IMG/VR virus record: IMGVR_UViG_2974692648_000001
Span: 32,001-96,000 of that record
Strand: one strand, 5' to 3'
Source: a virus
Taxonomy: Duplodnaviria > Caudoviricetes
DNA length: 64,000 nt
Of the stretch, positions 1 through 7,090 are shown in pieces. A program made the position numbers and the translations under genes. The notes under the pieces are model-generated. The model was not told the DNA's origin. It saw only the letters and a list, made by a program, of their open reading frames with translations, and made no database searches. Positions within the stretch are counted from its first letter, which is position 1; each line of letters opens with the position of its first letter.

Positions 1-62
1 AACAATACGATTTGGAACAACAATTAGCTGAACTCGGAAGAGTAGATCTATCCAGCGGGTAA
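1..62 (+). CDS. 3' end of a CDS truncated by the window edge (…QYDLEQQLAELGRVDLSSG*)
   Basis: Open frame from position 3 to TAA at 60-62, followed directly by a terminator-like hairpin. Confidence 0.5.
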   Translation, partial: QYDLEQQLAELGRVDLSSG

Positions 63-66
63 TAAG

Positions 67-98
67 AATAACGTCTGTCCTACGGGGCAGGCGTTATT
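67..98 (+). terminator. Hairpin with C(UACG)G tetraloop
   Basis: AATAACGTCTGTCC-TACG-GGGCAGGCGTTATT, 14-bp stem with G-U pairs, right after a stop codon. Confidence 0.7.
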
Positions 99-141
99 TC
101 CACAATTCTATGCTAATCGTAAACAACCACGAGGTATTATC

Positions 142-702
142 ATGGGTAAGTACACACCCCCAGTAGAAGAACAGGTTTTCGAAGAAGTTGAAAAAGAAGA
201 AGTTACTACTGTTGAAGAAGAGCTTCCTAAAGCAACGGAATCCGAGAAGTTTAAATCGGTTGAAGAACCAGGCACTAAAATCCTACTAGAGAAAGTAGAT
301 AAGTTTATCACTTTACTAGCAGGTCGTCGTAACGTACCTTCTGAGAAGTACGGTGAAGAACAACTTAACTTCATGCAAGCCTTAGACGATACGTTAAAAG
401 AAGACTATGGTGTCTTTACCGCGGTAATGGACTACATGGTTAACTCAGTTCGTCGTGAACCTAAAGCGTTTGCTATGGATCGTTTGTTTGTCCATACCCA
501 ACACCCAGAAGTGAAACGTGCTAAGAAAGAACAATACCTTCAAAAACACATGGCCCTACTTTCTGCCATTGTTACATTAGGTCGTAACTTAAAAGATCGT
601 CATCGTGTGGGGCGTCAAGTAGATATCGTCATGTTAACCAAGGGTTATCATCCTAAGGTTGCACAAAACCTACAAAACTACTTTACTCGCACGTACAGTT
701 AA
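142..702 (+). CDS. Hypothetical protein, possibly virion-associated
   Basis: 186-aa ORF, GAGG RBS, acidic N-terminus, TATG at 109-112 upstream. Confidence 0.75.
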   Translation: MGKYTPPVEEQVFEEVEKEEVTTVEEELPKATESEKFKSVEEPGTKILLEKVDKFITLLAGRRNVPSEKYGEEQLNFMQALDDTLKEDYGVFTAVMDYMVNSVRREPKAFAMDRLFVHTQHPEVKRAKKEQYLQKHMALLSAIVTLGRNLKDRHRVGRQVDIVMLTKGYHPKVAQNLQNYFTRTYS

Positions 703-720
703 TAACAGCGTCAGTAAGCT

Positions 721-752
721 AAACTCCATCACCCGTTAAGGTGATGGAGTTT
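721..752 (+). terminator. Intrinsic terminator
   Basis: AAACTCCATCACC-CGTTAA-GGTGATGGAGTTT followed by a T-rich tract. Confidence 0.8.
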
Positions 753-779
753 ATTTGTCTATTTTTTAACATACAGTTA

Positions 780-823
780 TTTTCAGATCTATATAGTCTA
801 GGTGTATAAGCATAGGTATATAC
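780..823 (+). promoter_or_regulatory. Putative early (virion RNAP) promoter plus 5' hairpin
   Basis: TTTCAGATCTATATAGTC resembles the phiKZ early TATATTAC motif; it recurs at 28830, 34605, 41843 and 45835; hairpin GTGTATA..TATATAC at 802-823. Confidence 0.6.
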
Positions 824-864
824 ATTGCACTTAATTTAATTAACCTTTAATAAGGAACACTATC

Positions 865-1212
865 ATGGAAATTTCTAAAACTAACAAAGCACGTATCGCA
901 TCTGGTCTAGCTACAGTAGCTAACACAGTTATCGCTGAGAAAGTATTTGACTCTCACGCTATTGCTGGTTACCACGCAGTAACAGGTGGTCTACATACTG
1001 CTACAGTACAAGTTGATGAAGAACAAGATTTCAGCACTACTGATGCTGTTATCTACGGTGCGGGAATGGTCGCAGGTGGTACAATCGCATCTGCTGTATT
1101 TAAAGGTATTGGCCGTTTGTTCTCAGGTGATTCAACAGAATCAGAAGAAGACACTGACGAGATCAACCAAGTGATCACTGAAGTAACTGGCCTACAAAAC
1201 CCAGACGCATAA
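865..1212 (+). CDS. Small Gly/Ala-rich (glycine-zipper-like) putative membrane protein with acidic tail
   Basis: 115 aa, AAGGA RBS, hydrophobic GAGMVAGGTIASAVFKGIG segment. Confidence 0.8.
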   Translation: MEISKTNKARIASGLATVANTVIAEKVFDSHAIAGYHAVTGGLHTATVQVDEEQDFSTTDAVIYGAGMVAGGTIASAVFKGIGRLFSGDSTESEEDTDEINQVITEVTGLQNPDA

Positions 1213-1215
1213 TAA

Positions 1216-1251
1216 TTAGTACCTACCTCCCACTTGGGAGGTAGGTACTAA
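1216..1251. terminator. Probable bidirectional terminator between convergent genes
   Basis: TTAGTACCTACCTCCCA-CT-TGGGAGGTAGGTACTAA perfect long inverted repeat. Confidence 0.8.
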
Positions 1252-1270
1252 ACTCTCTTTATTTTTTTGT

Positions 1271-3028
1271 TTAAGCAGCAAGTGGGAGTGGTTCACCATA
1301 CTCCGCTTCATATAGCTCAGGGAAGATCTCATCCATTTCCTCGTAACCAGGGAAACGATGTATAGTCGCACATAGAGACACAGCATTAGCTTTAGGAGAA
1401 GAAGCATAGTTAACGCCAACTTCACGGAATTGAATTGGATTCAATCCTTGTATCGCACAAGCTTCTATCTTAGTCGTCTTATTAGAGATGTTCAATGCTA
1501 CGGTCGCTGTCGGGTACGCCCCCTCCACGTCAATGTCATCCGTGAGACCACGACCTCGAGATCGTATCCCCGGCATCCCGATAAAGACTGCTTTACCATT
1601 GTCTGCGTTTTTCTCTGTTTCTAATAACGCAATCCAATCTCCTAAGGTCGGTTTGTGTTGGTCTAATTCATCTTTCTTACCACCACGTCCTTTGGTTCCC
1701 CAAATGTAACCATGTTCTTCCGCAATAAACGAAAGTTCATTAGAAATACATTTAGGTTGAGATGGGTAATCAAAGAACTCTGTTGACTTCAACAGCAAAG
1801 GTAGGTTCAGTGCGATGTCGTTAGTTTTCTCATCCATTTCCTCAATAACCAAGTTATCGGAAATGTTGTACATACAGTATTCGAACTTAGCGTAACGCTG
1901 CATCCATCGGTGCCACGCTCCCTTACCCTGTGTTAAGTGAGAACCTTTGTCTGTGTAGAGCTTACCCTCGATACCGTTGTCTTGTGCGGTGAACTCCAAT
2001 GAGTAAGATTCTTTCTTACCTTTAGGAGCGTTTTTAATTGCATAGAAACTCGCACCATCCAACCATTGCCATTTGGCCGCCGCACGAACCGTCGGATAAC
2101 GTTCTTGCCACTCAAGTGGTTGAGAGTCACCGTTTTCTTTACGTTTATGAGTACGCCCTTCGTGGTATTGGTAATAACGGAATTCACGAGGAATAGAAGG
2201 GTCGGTATAGACTTCTTCTAAATCACGTCCACCTACGTTAAGCGCGTGTTCGTTCCTAACCATATCGTAGGAGGCGTTCCAAGATGAAATGAAATCAGGT
2301 TCCCACATGTGCCAAACTTTAATGTTGTTTTCCACACACTGAGTTTGGTTATCCACTATTTCGTAAACAACTGTTGCGTTGCGTTTACGTAGGCGTTCAC
2401 CAATTAATTCTTCTTCTGCTTTCTTAAGTCCGTCCAGGATCTCTTCATCCGACATCCCTTCAAAGAAACTCCGAACGACTGCAAAGTAGATATTCTTTTT
2501 CATGGTAGTCGAAGCCATGATGACGTCTTCACCATCACCGTTAACCATATCAGTTTCAACGTCGTATGCTGCCAACGTAGCTGCTTCGGTTTCTTGGTGT
2601 TCAGGATAACGTTCAAAGTAACGACGCTTAATCAATACGGGAACTGAAGTCTCGCAACCGAAAACATACGGGTTTGCCTTTACAGCCATCAGGTCAGCAT
2701 TACGGTCATTGATTCCGTATAAGACTCGTTTAATGTTCATCGCTAATCTGGCTTGAGTAGACTTATATTGTTTGACCAGTCGCTTATCGATGTAATCTTT
2801 CTTTTGTTCAAATTTACGGTATTTTTCTTTAACGATGTAGAAAGGACGAACGTAGTCTGGGACTTTAAGAAATTGGTTAGTACGGTCACCATTTTCGTGT
2901 ATGGTAGTTTGTTTGATGAACGTCATGTCTTTAAGCTTATCCCGCTTAGACGGAACATACACAGCGTGTTTACACACTTTCCCTACAACTGGGGATTCGC
3001 TCGAAGGCGGCGTGTAACTATAATTCAT
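1271..3028 (-). CDS. Family-B DNA polymerase-related polypeptide (3'-5' exonuclease plus motif A; phiKZ gp82-like)
   Basis: ExoI AYDVETD, ExoII SWNASYD, ExoIII YNISD, and DVEGAYPTATVALNISNKT matching PolB motif A (DxxSLYPSII..NISPET). Start moved to MNYSY (3028) on a GAGGAAGG RBS. Confidence 0.8.
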   Translation of the reverse strand: MNYSYTPPSSESPVVGKVCKHAVYVPSKRDKLKDMTFIKQTTIHENGDRTNQFLKVPDYVRPFYIVKEKYRKFEQKKDYIDKRLVKQYKSTQARLAMNIKRVLYGINDRNADLMAVKANPYVFGCETSVPVLIKRRYFERYPEHQETEAATLAAYDVETDMVNGDGEDVIMASTTMKKNIYFAVVRSFFEGMSDEEILDGLKKAEEELIGERLRKRNATVVYEIVDNQTQCVENNIKVWHMWEPDFISSWNASYDMVRNEHALNVGGRDLEEVYTDPSIPREFRYYQYHEGRTHKRKENGDSQPLEWQERYPTVRAAAKWQWLDGASFYAIKNAPKGKKESYSLEFTAQDNGIEGKLYTDKGSHLTQGKGAWHRWMQRYAKFEYCMYNISDNLVIEEMDEKTNDIALNLPLLLKSTEFFDYPSQPKCISNELSFIAEEHGYIWGTKGRGGKKDELDQHKPTLGDWIALLETEKNADNGKAVFIGMPGIRSRGRGLTDDIDVEGAYPTATVALNISNKTTKIEACAIQGLNPIQFREVGVNYASSPKANAVSLCATIHRFPGYEEMDEIFPELYEAEYGEPLPLAA

Positions 3029-3109
3029 TTCAGCCTTCCTCATTTTATGACTGGATTTAATTAGGTCTAGTATAATGCGCATTGTAGTAAATTTAAAAAG
3101 GTAATCCAA

Positions 3110-4438
3110 ATGATCAACAACAAATTCCTAAACCCGCAACTAAAGGTGGCGGGACTAGAGTTTATGGATTTCCAATCCCGTGATTTCTTTAATGAAATGG
3201 TGGCTTTATTCAAACCCGTTGTTCAGGATGCTCAATTGACTGAACTTCCTATGGGTGTTCACGAAGTCATTAAAAAGTACACTGGGTTTGAGAACCTCAA
3301 CTTCAACCTTATTGATTACGGTAACTTAGCCATCGACGCAGGTTACGTATCTCCTGGAAACATCTTAAATTCCAAAGACATCGAGTATTTCCTACCTAAA
3401 GGTCAAACTAACCTTTATCGTTGGTTTACTCAAAATCAATCTAACTTGATGCGTGGCAGCATTGATTTCAAAACGGGTAAAGTGGGTGGTGCTTACGCTA
3501 CCATGCCTTTTGAAATTTACATCAACCATGATCTGACTGAATTCATGCCTAAGAAATCAGACTTAGACATGACTGAACAATTAGTTGGGTTCATCACACA
3601 TGAACTGGGTCATGCGTTCTCGGGCATATTCTCCATCCACCGTTTCTTGATGGACTCTTACGCTATTACTTCGGCGGTTCATTTCATGAGTAACCAAAGT
3701 CATGGTCAAACAGAAGTTGCGATCTATAAAGATGCTTTGCGTTTAATGGAGATCGACGAGAAGCAAGTTAAAGATCTGAAGAAAATCGCAGAGTGTGGTG
3801 ATACTGAAGTTATCGTCACGAGCTTAACTAAGTTGTCGCAACAACGTACCCAGATGAACTCCCGCTCCCTTGGCGTGGATCTGATGAACGCTGAAGTTCT
3901 TGCTGACGTATACGCCATCCGGATGGGTTGTGATAAGGCACTGATTGAAGGTACCAAAGGGCTTAACGAAGTCTCTGGGATGGAACTCCTTATGGGTACC
4001 CTCATGGGGGGTGTCATCACGGCGGTAGTAACTGCAAGTTGCATCCCTATTTTGGGTTTTATAGCTGGCGCTTTTGTCATGGGTATGGCGTTCACTAGTT
4101 TAATGTATTTCACCACGACCATGGTGGCGGATATCTATGACACCCCGTACCGTCGAATCCTAAACATGTTCCAAGAACAAATCCAACGTCTTAAGCAAGC
4201 TAAGAACTTGTCTGATAGTGACAAACGTAAAGCAATTCGTGACCTAGAGAAAAACCTCAAAGTTGTTCAAGAAGCTAAGCCGTTCTTTGAAGACACTGGC
4301 ATGCAGCGTTTAATGACTTGGATGTTCAGCGAAGGTTCCCCACGCTACGACGCTTTGGAACACTACACAAAAATCATGTTGAACAATGAGATGTCATTGG
4401 TCAATAGCAAAATTCAACTTTTAGGTAAGGGAGCTTAA
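3110..4438 (+). CDS. Virion protein with zincin metallopeptidase motif and C-terminal hydrophobic helices (phiKZ gp83/84 region)
   Basis: HELGH, downstream EVLADVYA, long hydrophobic segment near aa 290-340, N-terminal AGLE site. Confidence 0.7.
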   Translation: MINNKFLNPQLKVAGLEFMDFQSRDFFNEMVALFKPVVQDAQLTELPMGVHEVIKKYTGFENLNFNLIDYGNLAIDAGYVSPGNILNSKDIEYFLPKGQTNLYRWFTQNQSNLMRGSIDFKTGKVGGAYATMPFEIYINHDLTEFMPKKSDLDMTEQLVGFITHELGHAFSGIFSIHRFLMDSYAITSAVHFMSNQSHGQTEVAIYKDALRLMEIDEKQVKDLKKIAECGDTEVIVTSLTKLSQQRTQMNSRSLGVDLMNAEVLADVYAIRMGCDKALIEGTKGLNEVSGMELLMGTLMGGVITAVVTASCIPILGFIAGAFVMGMAFTSLMYFTTTMVADIYDTPYRRILNMFQEQIQRLKQAKNLSDSDKRKAIRDLEKNLKVVQEAKPFFEDTGMQRLMTWMFSEGSPRYDALEHYTKIMLNNEMSLVNSKIQLLGKGA

Positions 4439-4439
4439 A

Positions 4440-4850
4440 ATGTCACACCTAAACCATATCTTAAAACTCAACGCTAAGTTGGTTGAAGATGATATCACAA
4501 CCAACCCTGAACATCAAGCTAAGATTGTAGATTCCGCAATCACTCGTGCGATCATTTCTTACGCATACATCACCGGTGGCGTGGAAGGTCCTAATCTAAC
4601 CGACCATGCTAGCGAAGCCATGCGTAATACAGTGGAATACTGGAATGAAGTTTCTCCTGTTAACCATCGTAAGATTTTTGAAGACGTAAGAGCGATCTTG
4701 CAACGTCTTTACAACCAAGCGGTGGCAGGCGGTAACTTTCAACCTATTGAAGTTGAAATTGAAGGTCTGGAAGTCGACTTATTAAAGATTCCTGAGTTCA
4801 CAGCTCTGCACCGTGCGTTGCTAAACGAAATCATTGCCCATAACAAATAA
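4440..4850 (+). CDS. Putative virion structural protein
   Basis: 136 aa, GGGAG RBS, coupled to upstream gene in the structural cluster. Confidence 0.7.
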   Translation: MSHLNHILKLNAKLVEDDITTNPEHQAKIVDSAITRAIISYAYITGGVEGPNLTDHASEAMRNTVEYWNEVSPVNHRKIFEDVRAILQRLYNQAVAGGNFQPIEVEIEGLEVDLLKIPEFTALHRALLNEIIAHNK

Positions 4851-4860
4851 GGAGTCGATC

Positions 4861-6324
4861 ATGAGTAAAACTCCTAACTTTGTTTCTATGGGGACAGCTT
4901 CGGGTTCTGGTGTTAAGCTAAGTGATGGTGAACAACTCATTGACTTAGACGAACACTACGACGACAAGACCAGTCATGAAGAAACAGAAGCAATTGCGGA
5001 ATACTTACGCAACGGTAAGTTAAGTAAACGTGCTTTGGAACAACAAAAAGTTTCTGGCACTGAGCGCTTTGAACCAGGTTGTACTGAACTTAATGGCATC
5101 TTGGGTGGTGAGTCTTTCCTAAACAGCATCAAAGAAGGCGCTAAGAAATTTGTAGCTTGGGCGATTAAAATGATTTCGGGAGCACTCAAATGGATTTTGG
5201 TTAAAGCTCGTGAGTTCACTAACTATTTCAGTGACAACCGTGAGATTCAAAAGTCCGAAGAGATGCTTCGTGACATCGAAGGTAAACTGATGGAGTTAGG
5301 TGGTCCATCCTTTAACGTCATTGACGTTAAAGAGTTAACCGAAAGTCACCGTCCAGTAGTACGTCGTCTAGAAATGGTACGATTGCTGAAGGCAAGAAAC
5401 GTTAAAGTTCTGGAAGCGGCTAAACGTCTCACAGAGAACTCTTTCCATATCAAGAAATTGATTTCTGAACTGTCGCGTCACAAAGCAAGCGTTAACAAAA
5501 CCAAAGACACTTTTGATAAGAGTGTTAAACACCTTCGTAAACGCGCTAATGAAAAGTCTTTGACTATGGAAGACTTAGGGCTTTGGGAAGCACAAATCAC
5601 GGACTTAGTTGCCCAGCACTTACAAACGCATACTTTGAAAGCAGCGTATGTTAAGTTGGCGGCGGCAACCACGGTCGATGAGAAAGATCAAAACATCATC
5701 GATGTGGACAAACAATTCCGTGAATTCTCCGATATGATGAAGCGTACCCAGGAAGCCACCAAAGATAATGTTTCGGTAGAAGAGTTCGCTCAATTGTCAG
5801 ACTTCGGTAATCTACTCCGTAAGCAGATCAGTGAGAACCCTGGAGAGTGGGATATCGAAGTTGATATGTCTGATCTTAAAGACTTCGATAAACTGGTATC
5901 TATGAGTGACTTGGAGTTCTTCGAAACACTTGCACAGGAAACTGGTAACCCTCGCCCGGTAGCTGTGTACCGAGAGTTTGTGGCTCGTTGTGCTAACTAC
6001 GCAACTACGTTACAGATGTGTATCGAAGCCTCTGTGCGCTACAGTAACGAAGCACGTTACTTGGCAGAGTGGTCTCAACGTTATGATACTATCTTAGGTA
6101 TCTACTCCTTAGAAACTGTCAAGCAACGTAAAGACGCCCGTCAAGCTCACTATGATGCAACTGGTGAACAAATCGACACGGCTAACTTAAGGGATGTTCC
6201 TGAACATGCTCTTGACCCTGCTGAACGTCAGTGGCGTGCATTGTACGACCGTCTGTTGCCTGGGATGAAGAAGACGATGAACACGTTGTCTCGTAAACTC
6301 AATGCAGGAGTGACCGTAAAATGA
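4861..6324 (+). CDS. Putative head/ejection protein with G-X-E processing sites
   Basis: AAGGAG RBS before ATG 4861; LGGE-SFLNSIKEG junction resembles the paralog family at 15.9-23.8 kb. Confidence 0.75.
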   Translation: MSKTPNFVSMGTASGSGVKLSDGEQLIDLDEHYDDKTSHEETEAIAEYLRNGKLSKRALEQQKVSGTERFEPGCTELNGILGGESFLNSIKEGAKKFVAWAIKMISGALKWILVKAREFTNYFSDNREIQKSEEMLRDIEGKLMELGGPSFNVIDVKELTESHRPVVRRLEMVRLLKARNVKVLEAAKRLTENSFHIKKLISELSRHKASVNKTKDTFDKSVKHLRKRANEKSLTMEDLGLWEAQITDLVAQHLQTHTLKAAYVKLAAATTVDEKDQNIIDVDKQFREFSDMMKRTQEATKDNVSVEEFAQLSDFGNLLRKQISENPGEWDIEVDMSDLKDFDKLVSMSDLEFFETLAQETGNPRPVAVYREFVARCANYATTLQMCIEASVRYSNEARYLAEWSQRYDTILGIYSLETVKQRKDARQAHYDATGEQIDTANLRDVPEHALDPAERQWRALYDRLLPGMKKTMNTLSRKLNAGVTVK

Positions 6325-7043
6325 TTCGTGAGATTAATAACGAATACAAAAGCATTCGTCAAGAAGTTCGTAAGTGGGGAGATAGTGTCGAAGAGTTTAA
6401 CGTGAAAGTCGTGGAACTCAAGGAAGCACTAGACAGACCGTTTGACAAAGCGACCCTAATGGAAATGGCTAAGTTCGCTGAAGCTCTTCCATCTGAGATC
6501 CGTGAGTTACAACTGTACGCCACACACGGTCCTTCACACGTTAACGGGGATGCTTTCCGTCAATGCGTTTGCATTCGTAGTAATAATGGTTATATTGAAT
6601 TAAGTCCTTTAAACAAAGGTCGCGAGTTAATTCACCGTTATTACGAGTTAGCAACAAAAATGATTAAGTACACTTTAGAAGAATTAAACCGAGAAAGAAC
6701 CGAGGTCAATTCTCATAAAGCGGTATGTTTAAGTCGTGACGTTGCTCGCTTCCATGCTTACATTAACCGTGGGATCTATGAGCCAATTGAATGGGCTAAG
6801 TTAGAACCAGAAGGCGATTACCTTACTGACATGTACTCTTTGGAGTCGACTAAAGAAGCGCTGTATAATGTTTCTGCTCGCTCTAGTCAAAAGGGTGTTT
6901 ATTTCTGGAGTCTAAGTTGGGACGCTGAGCGATTGATGTATGCTGTCAACGCACTACAGTCTCTGGTAGAACGAATCACCGAATTTGGTATCGCTCGACT
7001 AGAACTTACGCCAGAACAACTGGATGCTTTAGAAAACAAGTAA
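6321..7043 (+). CDS. Hypothetical protein
   Basis: 240 aa, AGGAG RBS, start overlaps upstream stop. Confidence 0.75.
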   Translation: MIREINNEYKSIRQEVRKWGDSVEEFNVKVVELKEALDRPFDKATLMEMAKFAEALPSEIRELQLYATHGPSHVNGDAFRQCVCIRSNNGYIELSPLNKGRELIHRYYELATKMIKYTLEELNRERTEVNSHKAVCLSRDVARFHAYINRGIYEPIEWAKLEPEGDYLTDMYSLESTKEALYNVSARSSQKGVYFWSLSWDAERLMYAVNALQSLVERITEFGIARLELTPEQLDALENK

Positions 7044-7049
7044 ACAATA

Positions 7050-7084
7050 TATACTCCCTCTCCCGACTAGGGAGAGGGAGTATA
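7050..7084. terminator. Probable bidirectional terminator
   Basis: TATACTCCCTCTCCC-GACTA-GGGAGAGGGAGTATA between convergent genes. Confidence 0.8.
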
Positions 7085-7090
7085 GTTACT

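Noticed and set aside
3029-3109. Track's N-terminal extensions (also 28730-28900, 45857-45913, 56275-56370, 18458-18490)
   Set aside because: Better RBS-ATG pairs lie downstream, and the extensions cross promoters, hairpins or neighbouring genes.
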